A stretch of 64,000 nt of DNA from Eledone cirrhosa (GCA_964016885.1 OZ024740.1:227788001-227852000), one strand, 5' to 3'. Positions 25,860-40,022 are shown, numbered from the stretch's first letter. Notes: a model not told the origin generated them from the letters alone. Program-made: numbers and translations.

Positions 25860-26528
25860 ATATACATGAACGGCAAAACGTAAACAAAGTGAGAAATTAA
25901 AAAAAAGAGGTATACGGTTTACTAGAGAGGAGATTGCATTGGTATGGTCATGTGATGCGTATGAAGGACGACAGCTGTATAAAAAAGTGCAGGGCGATCA
26001 AAATGGAAGTTACGGCGTAGGTAGACCCAGAAAAACTGACCTTGCACCCTTGCACCTCTCTAAGACAATGTCACTCGATCGAGATCTTTGGCGCTATGCA
26101 GTAATACAGAAGACCCGCTTTCCCTTACATCCGAACTTAAACCTACAGTCAGTAGGCACCTCTTAACACAATATACACCCCACATCTCATACCCCTATTC
26201 CATCCTCCCACTTCTGCCCACACCACCCTTTCTCTGTAAAGTTATGTTTGTACCACAGAACATCCAGCCCACACTAAAGTAGTCGTTAAGGTGTCAAAAC
26301 AAAAAGCACCCAGTCCACACTGTAAAGTGGTTATGTAGGAGACACGGTAAAAAGCACCCAGCACACTGTAAATGTGGTTGGCAGTATGAAGGGCATCCAG
26401 CCATAGAAAACCAGCCAAAAACAGTTCTATACGAGCGAGATAGTCACCAGACCCAACTTGCCTCAAGTGGGATAAACCCATCTAACCCTTGCTAGCATGG
26501 AAGATAGACGTCAAACGATGATGATGAT
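25860..26528 (+). mobile_element. 5'-truncated copy of the same RTE family as 4812-8613
   Basis: Encodes LERRLHWYGHVMRMKDDSCIKKCRAIK and MSLDRDLWRYAV, followed by the same 3' UTR blocks and (GAT)n tail. Confidence 0.88.
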
Positions 26529-26566
26529 ATATATGCATGTGTGTGTGTGTGTGTGTGTGTGCATGG

Positions 26567-26626
<60 letters not shown>

Positions 26627-26811
26627 GTTAGGTTTTTTTTACAAAATGAAAAATAACCGGTGTCCTACACGAGTGAAAGTAAAGGGAAAAAAGATGAAAT
26701 CGGAAATGCAACTGGAGTCTTATAAGAATAAGACTCCAGTTGCATTTTCGATTTCATCTTTTTTCCCTATATATATATACAATGCGGATGGGAAATTTTC
26801 CACATTGCATA

Positions 26812-26861
<50 letters not shown>

Positions 26862-26865
<4 letters not shown>

Positions 26866-27255
26866 TGCAGTGGAAAATATTCCATCAGCATTGCCCAAAT
26901 GATGTTGGCATCACCTTTAAAGTAAACCTAAGGCTTGACCGCGTGCTATCTGCCCACAACTAAACTTAAACTCGCATCTCATAACAACATTACAGCACAA
27001 TTATTTCACCTCAATTGGTGCCGCTCTTTTTAACATTTCACCAAAACACATTAAAACGGAAACCGAACCCATAAAGTTCAAGAAGTCTTCGGACAAATTC
27101 CCTCAAGAAATCCAAGATAAACTTCCTACACCCGGATATGCTTCCATAAACATTAACTCTCTACTTGAGTGGGCCATGGTGTCCAAGTGTCCAAATCCTA
27201 ATTTAAAAGACTTTGCCAGGTGGTGCTATTAAGTTAGACATGGCCTGGGCCAAAG
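26862..27255 (+). mobile_element. CR1-type LINE 3' fragment
   Basis: Encodes WKIFHQHCPNDVGITF, then NYFTSIGAALFNISPKHIK and KFKKSSDKFPQEIQDKLPTPGY...NSLLEW, matching the FKxxLDxFLxxIPDxPxxPGY...NSL C-terminal pattern. Confidence 0.75.
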
Positions 27256-27412
27256 TTATTTATCAGTTACATATCATCATCACTGTTTAACATCCATTTT
27301 TCCATGCTAGCATGGGTTAGAAGTGTTTTCCTGTTTGAGGCAAGTTGGGTCAGGTGACTGTGTCTTGCTCACACAGAACTATATACATATATACATACCA
27401 TATACATACATA

Positions 27413-27451
<39 letters not shown>

Positions 27452-27545
27452 CACATATATACATATAATATATATATATATATACACACTCACACACACA
27501 TTAATATATATATATACGCACACACACATACATGTATGTGTGTAA

Positions 27546-27590
<45 letters not shown>

Positions 27591-27644
27591 TACATGTATG
27601 TGTGTAAGTGTATATATATATATATACATACACACACATACATG

Positions 27645-27690
<46 letters not shown>

Positions 27691-27800
27691 TACATGTATG
27701 TGTGTAAGTGTGAGTGTGTATGCATTCCTGGAAGACCAGCTTACCAGGCATGTGACAGCTGTTGGAATTATAATTAAAGCACCAGGTGGAAGAGGAGGGG

Positions 27801-27835
<35 letters not shown>

Positions 27836-28584
27836 GAAGTGGGAAAGAAGGAAAGGTGGAACTGAAGATAGATGAAAAAGAAAGACAGTCAGACAGAATT
27901 AAAGAGAGAAAAAGAGATATACAGGAGTAGTAGGAGGTTGTAATGGATGGGAGTCATAGGTCTGGAGTTAGGGGTAGATGGTTGACTGGCTGTATGGATG
28001 AATAAATGGCTAGAGAGAGAGGTGTGGTAGTGAGAAGGGAAGAGTATTGAGAGAAGAGAGGTGTGGGTTAGCCAGATAAATTGAGAGTGTGATCACAGGG
28101 ATTAGATATAGATAACCCCTATAAGAAGTTAAATTGTCAGCAAACAAGCCATGCCCTTCCACAACACATTATAACACAACCATACACATTCACACAATTA
28201 CATACACACACATGCTCTCACACACATACAAACTACACCCTTCTACAAAACAACATATATTCAAGCACACATTCATTTACATACATACATACCCTAACAA
28301 CAAACTATACAAGCGCACACATACTTACATACAAACACATGTCCTTCTATAACACAACACATTACTATACAAAAACACATTCACATACATTCTTACACAC
28401 ACACACACACATACTCTGACACAGCACACACACATGCTTCACCTTAAAGTTAGCTTATAATCTAAATGTAGAGAGGTAGTGGGAGCAAAGCCTTCCATAG
28501 ACATACTATGATGATTTGTTGTTGTCTAGGTGGTTCTCTTAACAGGTGAAGAAGTAGGGAAAATTCCCTTAGACCCTTTCTTCT

Positions 28585-29190
28585 CCTTTGTCACTTATTC
28601 CTGGGATGGTTGTGGAGGCAGTCCTCAAACACTTTCCAGGAGTCCTGTTTAAAGCAACTGTCTTCAACTGATCCAGCTGGATCCCTGAGCGAGACCAGCC
28701 AAGCTCATGGATGTTATCCAACCATCTTGCTCGGAGTCTACCCCTGAGTCTCCTGCTGTAAAAGGTGTCCAGCGATTCTTTCCTGGGGCATTCTAACCAC
28801 AAGCCCATAGTATTGGAGCTGTGATCTCTCAATTCGGAGAAGTAACAGCTCTACTTGGAGCGACTCTCTGATCTCCGAACTACGCACTCTATTGAGAAAT
28901 GTTGTTCCAAAGACCCTTCGGAGGAACTTAATTTTGGCCGCTTATATTATTCACGTTTGTATTCTTTTGGTAATTACCCAAGATTCATGACCATAGGTAA
29001 GGGTTGGCACAAATACTGAATTGAAGATAGCGAGTTTGGCTTTTTACACCTACCACCCTTCTTCTGATTACTGAATGCTAGAGCTGGTGCAATTATTATT
29101 AGCTCCTGCAATTCTGGCACTGAACACAGCTCTAAGATACTTGAACTTCTCCACCTGCTTCAGTGGATCTCCATTCACATTCGCACCGTA
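28585..29190 (-). mobile_element. Expander/Rex3-like RTE 3' fragment
   Basis: Reverse strand gives EQVEKFKYL, FVPTLTYGHESWV and RGRLRARWLDNIHELGWSRSGIQLDQL. Confidence 0.85.
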
Positions 29191-30189
29191 TTTCAATTAA
29201 TTAACCACTAAGTCACATGCCTTCATATATGTGAGGTTGCAAGTTCCTTTCCCAGACTTAGCATTGTGTTATGTTCTTGAGCAAGACACTTTATTTCATG
29301 TTGCTCTTTCTGCCAGGATTTGCAACCGATAGATAGTATCATCCGTTGAAAGACTAATGGAAACATTGTTTCTTTGGTCCGATTTGACGAGTTCCACCAA
29401 ATCTCGAGGCTGTGTTTCATGCAAGAATTGCAGGAGCTGGTAATAAATGAAATATAGGATCTTGTCGATTGATTTTCTCCGCCCATCTCTCTCTCTCTCT
29501 CTCTCTCAATTAATGAAGAATTTGGAGGGATTTACTAAAATTATTAATTATTTATCATGATGGTGCTTGTAATATAACCTAACAAAAAGTACTTATCAAA
29601 TTATGTTGGAAAATTTTAATTTAAGTACGCATGTCTTGCTCATACAGATCTGTATTTTGGCATGGTTTCTACAGCTGGATGCCCTTCCTAACTCCAACCA
29701 TGTTAGTGTGGATTGAGTGCTTTTTATCACAGCACCAAAATGACCATCTAACAAGGTGGACTGGGTGGTTTTTCGTCATGTCACCAGCACAACCACCTTA
29801 CAGGGTGGATTGATCACATTTTGTCATGTCACCAGCATACCACTTTACAGGGCACTTTTTGTCACATCACCAACATGACCACTTTACAGGGCGAACTGAG
29901 TGCTTTATGTTGCATCACCAGCACAACCACCTTACAGGGTGGACTAAGTGCATTTTTCTCTAGCATTAATTCCATATATTATGGGGACAGGGGAAGTGCA
30001 GCATAGTCGAATGGTTAAGAAGTCCACTTAGCTATCATATCATCCTGGGTTTAATCTCAATGTGTGGCATCTTGGATAAGTTTAATTTACTATAACCTCA
30101 GGTTGACTCAAGCTTTGTGAGTGAAATTAGGTAGATGGAAACCACTTGGAAGCTCATCAGGTGAACTATACCTATAAATTAAAGGTTCA

Positions 30190-30500
30190 CGATGTGTCAT
30201 GCTGAATCTCCCTGAGAATTATGTTAAGAATACATGTGTCTGTGGAATGCTCAGTCACTTGCTCATTAATTTCATGAGTAGGCTGTTTTGTAAAGTACAC
30301 AATGTGTCACACTGAATCTCCCTGAGAATTATGTTAAGAGTATATGTCTGTGGAATGCTTAGTCACTTGCTCATTAATTTCATGAGTAGGCTGTTTTGTA
30401 AGGTACACAATGTGTCATGATCAATCTCCCTGAGAATTATGTTTGTGTCTGTGGAATGCTTAGTCACTTGTACATTAATTTCATAAGTAGGCTGTTCCAT
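30190..30500. repeat. Three tandem copies of about 105 bp
   Basis: GTGTCA..CTGAATCTCCCTGAGAATTATG...TCACTTGCTCATTAATTTCATGAGTAGGCTG repeated three times. Confidence 0.85.
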
Positions 30501-31513
30501 TGATAAATCAAATGAAACAACAGCAGTCCATTCCATTAATTGAAGGGGTGGAGGGTAAAGTTCTTGTTTGCTTTCTAAAATAATTCTATTCCCATCTAGA
30601 ATATATTTATTATAGCATTAGTGGGTTTGAGTTTTGAATAATTGTTTCTACTATAGGCACAAGGCCAGCAATTATCCCAGTGTATTACTGGTACTTTATT
30701 TTATCGACACCTGTAAGGATGAAAGGCAAAGTTAACCTCAGCGGGATTTGAACTCAGAATGGCAAGGGCCGTGACTTTATGCGTCAAAAGCATGGCATCC
30801 GACCCTCTACCGATACTGCCAATCCATAATAATGGCAATAATGTTGAACACATTAAATATTTGGAATTCAGGATTGGTATGCCATACATATGAACAATTA
30901 TACTAACTGGGAAACTTGTGTTTTAATAAATTAATGGTTTGCATAAGAGAAACCATATAGTTTATTTTGATTACTGGCATGTGGAAATGATTAAAAATAA
31001 GAATGATAGTTTAATCATCCATTTCTAGGATACAATTACATAAATGTTTCGCATAGAGATGTACAAATCATATACAGGATTAAATGTAGGAGTAATTTTG
31101 GCGAAATAACTATTTACAAGGACAAATATAAGGTTAGATACCAGGACCTTGTGATTGGAAAGCAAACTTCTTATTGTAGTAATACAACTGAGATATCATC
31201 AATATTTTGGTCACATATTCCTCGGCTTATATTCAAATATATACAGTAATTCTGCCAAGCCACCACCTGTAACTGATTTTACAAAACTGATACCTATTTT
31301 TTAGTCAGCTTTTTTTCCACCAGCAAAAATGAAAGGTCACATGCCCCCACCTCACCATGTTGGACTTCAATTACAAATATAAAAAAGGAGGGACATTACT
31401 AGAAAACACAGAGTATTTAACCTATTTCATAATGGATCAATTCTACCAATAATCACTGAGTATGAGTGTGTTTGTTTGTTTCTTGTTGATGTTTGGCTCC
31501 AGGTGAGCCATGA

Positions 31514-31725
31514 TTAACCCTTTAGCATTTATATCACTCTACATACATTATTGTATTTTTGTGGTAAAGGCTTTACTTCACATAATTTTCTATGGGATTT
31601 TGATATTATTTATTTTGAGAACAATACCTTAACGTCAGTATGAGCAGCTGGTTACAGCCGGTTTGAACAGAAAGAGGTGAGAGAATTCTGGCTGGATATG
31701 GCTGGTTTAAATGCTACAGGGTTAA
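31514..31725. mobile_element. piggyBac-like MITE family A
   Basis: Same TIRs, TTAA flanks and internal sequence as 41295-41510; a partial copy also lies at about 4148-4280. Confidence 0.85.
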
Positions 31726-32546
31726 GCATAACTTATAATCAAACACTGAATCTGTTTAGTTTTGACAAACCGCAGAATATCGGGCTTCTAACTTGACCTT
31801 AATAAAACTGAACACGACACTTTATTTCACGATGCTCCAGTTTACTCAGGTGTAGAAATTAGTTGTGATGTCACTGGTACCAAGCTGTATCAGCCATTGC
31901 TTTTCCCTTGGACAAAATGGCAAAACCATAGTCATTTGTCTCCGAGAGGAGACTATATGTTGTATTTTATATAGAAATGACTTCTACAGGACTAGAACTG
32001 TTTCATGCATATGAAATCAAGAGTTCTAGTCCTGTAAAAGTCATTTCTATATAAAATTGAAAAAAAGCCTATACTCTACCAATGTATTGAGTACCTTTTT
32101 TAACTGTGGGTACCCCCAACACAACTCGGGAATCTATATATACATATGTGTATGTATATTTGGGAGGACCCTTCAATAACATCAGGTACATGACAGCCAC
32201 TCTAGTGTTGGTGATCTTCATGATAAATGCACCCAGCACATGCTGTAAAGTGGTTAGTGATAGGAAAGGCAGCCAACTGTAGAAAGCTTCTCAAACAAAG
32301 GGTTTGGAGGACCCTTCAATTGTGTCAAAGACATTACAACCACCACCACCTGCCCACCCCTGTGCACTTGATATAACGTAAAACCATTACATAAGTGAGA
32401 TGCAGACTCCTCACCTTGGGAGGTCAGTAGCCTGCTTCAGTATTGACTTGGTCTATGTAAACCTGTCCAACCCCTGCTAGCAAGGAAAGCAGACGTTAAA
32501 CAATGATGATGTGCATGTGTGCGTGCATTATGTGTGTGTGTGTGTC

Positions 32547-32730
32547 TCTATATCTATATATATAAAAGCAAGTCGGTCTGTGTGTGTGTCTGTCTGTGTA
32601 CAATTACTAGGCTCCTTTTAACTTTTGAAGTACTAGGCCGATTTCAACCAAATTTGGCACACATGTTGCTTATATGCCAGAGCAGGTTTTGGACAAAATT
32701 GGGGCCGAAAAATCGATTTTGTGTGTGTTA
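32547..32730 (+). mobile_element. 5' fragment of a non-autonomous Helitron-like element
   Basis: TCTATATCTATATATATAAAAG start, then a (GT/GTCT)n tract and CCGATTTCAACCAAATTTGGCACAC; truncated by a SINE. Confidence 0.6.
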
Positions 32731-33146
32731 GAAGGCACATGGCTTAGTGGTTAGAGCATTGGCCTTGCAATCGAAAGGTTATGAGTTCAATTCTCAGATC
32801 GGGTGATGTGTTGTTTCCTTGAGCAAGACACTTTATTTCACATTGTTCCAGTTTACTCAACTGTAGAAATGAGATGATAGGGACTGCAGTCCCTAGATAG
32901 GGACTGGGGTCCCTATCATTCCACTCCAAAGTGGTCGTGGAGGGGCCACGGCAAAAAAGCAACCAGCACTCACTGTAAATGAGGTTGGTGTTAGGAAGGG
33001 CATCCAGCTATAGAAATCAAGCCAGAATCAGTTCCCTTATGAGCAAGACAAGGTCACCCGACTGGACACTGCCCAGAACAGGACAACCCATCTAACCCAT
33101 GCTAGCGTGGAAGAACGGATGTAAAACGGTGATGATGATGATGATA
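32731..33146 (+). mobile_element. tRNA-derived CORE-like SINE with RTE-derived 3' end (full length)
   Basis: Box A TGGCTTAGTGG, box B GAGTTCAATTC, CORE-like TCCTTGAGCAAGACACTTT..CTGTAGAAATG, then AGGAAGGGCATCCAGC and a CCATGCTAGCGTGG...(GAT)n tail. Confidence 0.88.
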
Positions 33147-33556
33147 TATATAAGGCATTTTCCTAAGATACTGTATTAACAAAAAGCAAACTGAACCCTA
33201 AAGCACGTAGTTGCTAAACTAACCTCTTAACTACACAGCCATGCCTGCAATTATATGTCAAAAAATAGTTTTATTTGAGAGAATAGATTTAATACACCCA
33301 AAAAATACAAGAGGTGATTTGGCTTGTTCTTTCAGGAAATCTTCCACAACCATACGACATCATAAAATATGCACGATCCCTGAGGGATATCGTCATAAGA
33401 GCCAGTATTTAGTTACGGATTCTTAATATTAAACAGATGAAAGATAATTACTCCTCACATAGAACACCAGTCTATAGTAGGAAATATATATTCCCAGACT
33501 AATAGGCACCTCTTTCCATCCCAATAGTTATGTAATTTTAAACTATGCAGAACTGA

Positions 33557-33750
33557 CTGTCCTTTCCAGGAGAGACAACAACACACAGTGGATTAGATCT
33601 CAAGACCCTACTCTGCCATTTCCTATTTGCATCATAGCAGAACAAAGATCTGTCTTTCCAGGAGAGACAACAACACACAGTGGATTAGATCTCAAGACCC
33701 TACTCTGCCATTTCCTATTTGCATCATAGCAGAACAAAGATCTGTCTTTC
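33557..33750. repeat. Near-perfect 92-bp tandem duplication
   Basis: TTTCCAGGAGAGACAACAAC... at 33563 and 33655. Confidence 0.92.
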
Positions 33751-35412
33751 TAATAATAATCAGCAATTTTTTAGCCAACATTTAAAAAAAAAATTTTTTT
33801 TTTCACTAGTTAGTCAGAGAGGGAAGGGCATTGCCCATGACCCTTTTCAGAGCCTCTGGGACTGGTGAAGTGAGGAAGATATCTTCAAACCAGAGACATA
33901 ATCTATATGCTTGCATCAGAGTAGGCTCCACAAAAAACACCCAAAGGTCACGTGGTGATGGTGTTAACCCTTTCATTGCCATATTTATAATGAGAAACTG
34001 TTTATGATTTTAAAATAAACAAGAATTTGGAAGCATTTAGTAATATTTAGTAAACTTTATTATTATTGAACTTAAAGGTTTTTACATAAAATTACGATTA
34101 AAGACAAAAAAAAATTTGTTTGCGCTCTTAACATGGTGGATACCTAAATGTATTTATGAGTGAATAATAATATTAATAATTGTTTCTACTTTTGTCACAA
34201 GGCCAGCAATTATTCCAGTGTATTACTGGTACTTTATTTTATCGACCCTGTAAGGATGAAAGGCAAAATTAACCTCGGCGGGATTTGAACTCAGACCATA
34301 AAGGGCCGTATCTCTTTGCTGCGAAGCATGGCGTCTGACCCTCTACTGATACTGCCAATCCACAATACGGTTTGTTTACAGGTAAACAGCCTCATAAAAT
34401 ACTACGTGGACAGGTAGCAAGCGAGGAGAATACAGAATCTTTACAAGGAGCAAGACACTCTGAAACAATTGTTGATTGTTTTCTCTCAGCTGGAACAAAA
34501 GGACGACGTTGACATTACCACATTCGAAGGAAGGTTTTTAGAAAATTCTAAACACTTTAAAATAAACAACAGACTCACGGGCAGTTTTGACTGGGTTAGT
34601 ATCAAAAAGTTTTAACCAAATGACAGATTAATGTATATACTCATATATGAGCTGAAAAATAAGTGACAAAAAAGAAATTGATGGTAAAATAGGGGGAGGG
34701 GGGTTACTTATATTCAAGATGAATATTTTGCTGGGTTTTCACCAACTTCAAAACTACATAAATGAGGTGCTAAAATATTTTGTCTTTGAAGTGAATATTA
34801 CACCAGTTTTACTTTGGAGGTAAATATTGCAAGTTTCACTTTAGCGGTGAATATTACACTGGTTTTACTTTGGAGGTGAATATTGCAACAGTTTCACTTT
34901 AGAGGTGAATATTACACTGGTTTCACTTTCAACATAAAATTATTTTTTGAAGTGTTTTGAATGACTTTAAGAAATTGGTTAAAAGAAAAGAAAAAAAAAA
35001 TCATGTCTAACTCATGCTGGCGTGGAAGATAGACGTTAATCGATGATGATGATGATGAATGGACTTGCGAAACAAAAACTGCTCTAAATGACACTTAAAA
35101 CATTTTAAATATCAAGATATTAAAACTTCATAAATATACAGTATTCTCCACCCATGAGAATTTCAAAACCCGCACCATCTAAACATGTTAATTAACTACC
35201 TTGGCTTATAAACAGTGTTGGGATTTCTGCCTATTACTCAGACATAAAATAGGGAGTTGGCTTATATTTGAGTATATATGGTAATTCTACCACCCAAGTA
35301 GGCTACGGCAGGATCTGAACTCAGGATAGTAGGAGCAAACAAATACAAGGCATCTTATTTGAAGCTATAACAGGTCCACCATGTACTGGTACTTTATTTT
35401 ATCATCCCCATA

Positions 35413-36045
35413 AATAATTGTTTCTACTTTTGGCACAAGGCCAGCAACTACCCAGTGTATTACTGGTACTTTATTTTATCGACCCCGTAAGGATGAAAGG
35501 CAAAGTTAACCTCGACGAGATTTGAACTCAGATCATAAAGGGCCGTAACTCTTTCTGCAAAGCATGGTGTCCGACCCTCTACCGATACTGCTAATCCACC
35601 GCCTAATCATCCCCATAAATAATGCCAACAATTTGGGTGGGGGGAGGTCAATTAAATCGATCTCAGTGTATTATTAGTACTTTATTTTAGTGACCTTGCA
35701 AGGATGAAAGGCAAAGCTAACCTCGGCAGGATTTGAACTCAGAATGTAAAGAAACGTACCAATTCTATGCTGCAAAGCATGTGGTCCAATGCTCTACCGA
35801 TTCTGCCAATTGATAGAAAAATAATAATGGTTTCTAATTTAGGCTCAAGGGCAACAATTTTGAGGGAAGGGAAAATCGATTAAATCGACCCCAGTATTAC
35901 TAGTGGTACTTTATTTTATCAACCCTGCAAGGATGAGAGGCAAAGTTAACTTCAGAGGGATTTGAACTCAGAACATAAAAGGCTGTAACTATATGCTACA
36001 AACAAGTTGTCTGACACTCTACCGATTCTGCCAATCCACTCCTCC
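35413..36045 (-). mobile_element. Three tandem Meta-like SINEs
   Basis: Same family in reverse orientation. Single copies also at about 1019-1201, 3222-3425, 22515-22680, 30638-30825 and 34175-34364 (-), and 9665-9850, 23960-24100, 44745-44875 and 56866-57097 (+). Confidence 0.85.
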
Positions 36046-36419
36046 ATGAATAATGAAAAGCACAATTTGAACTCAGAATACAAGGAGCTAGAGCATATAT
36101 CACAAAGGGATACATTTGATTCACAAAGCTCAAAGATCCAAAAATGTTAACATCCCATCACAGATGTTTATTTTTATTTTTTTCATTCATTTTTTTAATA
36201 CTTTTTTTTTTTCAATCTGATTTTTAATACTTATTTTTGTTTTACGTTCTTACATTTTTTCATGTTTTTTTACTTATTCTGGTTCTATTTTCATTTTTTT
36301 TTCCTCTCATTTCACAGATGGAAGACTAACATGGATATGGTTAATTTTCATGTTTATGTCTGTGAGAGAATCAATCAAGATCTGTCTGCCTCTGTGTCTA
36401 TCTCTCTAACACTGTCAGT

Positions 36420-36774
36420 ATATTGGTCACTGTCTGTGTGTCTGTCTATCTATGTATCTCTCTGCCACTCTGTCTATGTATGTATTTCTCAGCCTCTCTA
36501 TCTGTATATCTGTCTGCTTCTTTGCCTGCATATTTGTCTCTCTGCCACTCTCTCTCTCTCTCTCTCTGTAGGTCTGTCTGTCTGTGTATCTGCCACTGTC
36601 TATTTGTCTCTCTGCCACTCTGTCTCTCTCTGCAGGTCTGTCTGTCTGTGTATCTGCCACTGTTTATTTGTCTCTCTGCCACTCTGTCTTCTCTCTGTAG
36701 GTCTGTCTGTCTATTTGTCTCTCTGCCACTCTGTCTCTCTCTCTCTGTAGGTCTGTCTGTCTGTGTATCTGCCA

Positions 36775-36821
<47 letters not shown>

Positions 36822-37104
36822 CTCTGTGTAGGTCTGTCTGTCTGTCTGCCACTCTGTCTCTCTCTCTCTGTAGGTCTGTCTGTCTGTGTATCTGCCACTC
36901 TGTGTCTCTCTCTCTCTCTCTCTCTCTCTCTGTAGGTCTGTCTGTCTGTCTGCCACTCTGTCTCTCTCTCTCTGTAGGTCTGTCTGTCTGTGTATCTGCC
37001 ACTCTGTCTCTCTCTCTCTCTCTCTGTAGGTCTGTCTGTCTGTGTATCTGCCACTCTGTCTCTCTCTCTCTCTCTCTCTGTAGGTCTGTGTATCTGCCAC
37101 TCTG

Positions 37105-37186
<82 letters not shown>

Positions 37187-37245
37187 GGTCTGTCTGTCTG
37201 TGTATCTGCCACTGTCTATTTGTCTGTCTGCCACTCTGTCTATCT
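36420..37245. repeat. Compound (CT)n/(CTGT)n minisatellite
   Basis: Repeated TGTAGGTCTGTCTGTCTGTGTATCTGCCACTCTGT(CT)n. Confidence 0.92.
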
Positions 37246-37386
37246 TACACAACACTAGGATCAACAAGGGAAGATTTTAATTAAGCTTATTCATGTTGTC
37301 ATTTCAGCTGCAACTCTGTAATTCTGATATTATCTCAATCTATACACGTGTGCATTCTCACTAAATTACAAGCATATAACACACAC

Positions 37387-37424
<38 letters not shown>

Positions 37425-37615
37425 TCACACATATATATATATATATATATTTACATATATATATATATATATATATTTACATATATATATATATATACAT
37501 ATATATATATTTACATATATATACATATATACACACACACATATATATATATACATATATACACATATATATATATATCATCATCATTTTATGTCCGCTC
37601 TTCCCTGCTTGCAAG

Positions 37616-37709
<94 letters not shown>

Positions 37710-37856
37710 CATACATATATATACTAACACAGACTCATATATATATATACAGACACACACATATATATATATACACATATACATATATATACACATATAC
37801 AAACACATATATATACACACATACACAAATATACACACACATATACATACACACAC

Positions 37857-37887
<31 letters not shown>

Positions 37888-37916
37888 AGCATACACACAT
37901 ATATACAAACATACAT

Positions 37917-37949
<33 letters not shown>

Positions 37950-37990
37950 CACATATACAAGCATACACACATATATACAAACACATACAT

Positions 37991-38025
<35 letters not shown>

Positions 38026-38492
38026 CATACATATACAAGCATACACATATATACAAACACATATACATGCATATATACAAGCACATATACATACATAATA
38101 CAAACATACATACACACGCATACACACATACAAACACATACTTTATTAACTATTCAATGCACACATACATAGAGTCAGATAAATGACACCCGGTACAAGT
38201 AAAAAAGCACCAAAACAGAACAAATCAAAACAAATTTGATTTGTTTAAATTAAGACAATAAAAAGAAAGAGCAACAACAACAACAACAAGACACTAAAAA
38301 GATGTAGATAATGTCAAATAACAAGCAGCCACTCCAATATAAAACCAAGAACATTTAATACATAAAGAAAAACAGAAGGATCAGATTTTAATAAATAAAT
38401 CTGCCCAAAAGGCTAACAACTAGAATCTTAGGGGTGCCCAAATTACATTAATGTGGTTGTGTGTATATATATATATAAGTGTGTGTGTGTGT

Positions 38493-38544
<52 letters not shown>

Positions 38545-38545
38545 A

Positions 38546-38576
<31 letters not shown>

Positions 38577-38601
38577 GTGTGTGTGTATATATATGTGTGT
38601 C

Positions 38602-38632
<31 letters not shown>

Positions 38633-38679
38633 CTATATATATGTGTGTATGTGTGTGTGTGTATAAGTGTGTGCGTGTA

Positions 38680-38713
<34 letters not shown>

Positions 38714-38788
38714 TCATCATCATTTCAACTTCCGCTTTCCCTGCTAGCAAAGGTTGGACGTGTCTACATGTATGTTTGTGTACATGTA

Positions 38789-38825
<37 letters not shown>

Positions 38826-38888
38826 AAATAAATATAAATATAGATATATAGATATATATAACACAAGAACTAACTATATGGTTGTATC

Positions 38889-38921
<33 letters not shown>

Positions 38922-39676
38922 TCACATGCACACATACACAAACATGGTGGATAGAGATAAAGAGATAGCTAAGAGACAGACAGACAGATAGATAGATAGA
39001 TAATAGCCCATGGCAGCCTGCAATAGCAGACATTAAATGATTATATATGTATCATCATCATTACCATTTTACATGTATTTTACAAGGTAGCATACACATA
39101 CACACACACACACACACACTTCTTGATCTCTCTATCTATATGTTTGTATGTGTATGTGTGTGTATATACATGATACAACCATATATATATATATATGTAT
39201 ATATATATAATTATATATGTGTATATATGTACAGGTATGATGACATTATTCAATTCTTTGTGTTGTTTTGTAACAAACTCATTATACTTTAATGAAAGTT
39301 TTTTTCCAAATACATAAATCTGTTTCTCATGATATACACACAAACACACACACATATATATATATATATAAATACACTTATATATATATATCAACACACA
39401 CATTTGTACATATATTTACATATACACTTATGTGTATACATATATACATACATTCACACACATGTGTATATATATTTATATATACATACATACACACACA
39501 TACACTTTATATATTTATATATACATGTATATGTGTGAGTATGTATGTATATATAAATATATATACACGTGTGTGTGAATGTATGTATATATGTATACAC
39601 ACTCACAAAGGGTTGAGAGGATGCTTTAGTTGTGCAAAAAGGCAATACAACCCCCCCCTCATACTGGTTATTTACA

Positions 39677-40022
39677 TCATCATCATCATTATCATTATCA
39701 TTTTACGTCCGCTTTTCCCTGCTTGCAAGGGTGGGACGGGAACTGGTTCTGGCTTGATTTCTACAGCTGGATGCCCTTCCTAACACCAACCTCATTTACA
39801 GTGAGTGCTGGGTGCTTTTTTGCCGTGGCACCTCCACGATCACTTTGCAGTGGAATGATAGGGACCCCAGTCCCTATCATCTCATTTCTACATCTGAGTA
39901 AACTGGAGCAATGTGAAATAAAGTGTCTTGCTCAAGGAAACAACACATCACCCGGTCTGAGAATTGAACTCACAACCTTTCGATTGCAAGGCCAATGCTC
40001 TAACCACTAAGCCATGTGCCTC
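39677..40022 (-). mobile_element. CORE-like SINE, same family
   Basis: Reverse complement of the 32731 element; further copies at 13149-13417 (+) and 42408-42655 (-). Confidence 0.88.

Noticed and set aside
32731-32805. tRNA-like sequences with A and B boxes (also 13150, 39950-40022 and 44025)
   Set aside because: They are SINE heads continuous with SINE bodies and have no proper acceptor stem.
36262-37267. RE/RQTD- and LS-rich ORFs of up to 273 aa
   Set aside because: They are products of the (CT)n/(CTGT)n minisatellite and are open in most frames.
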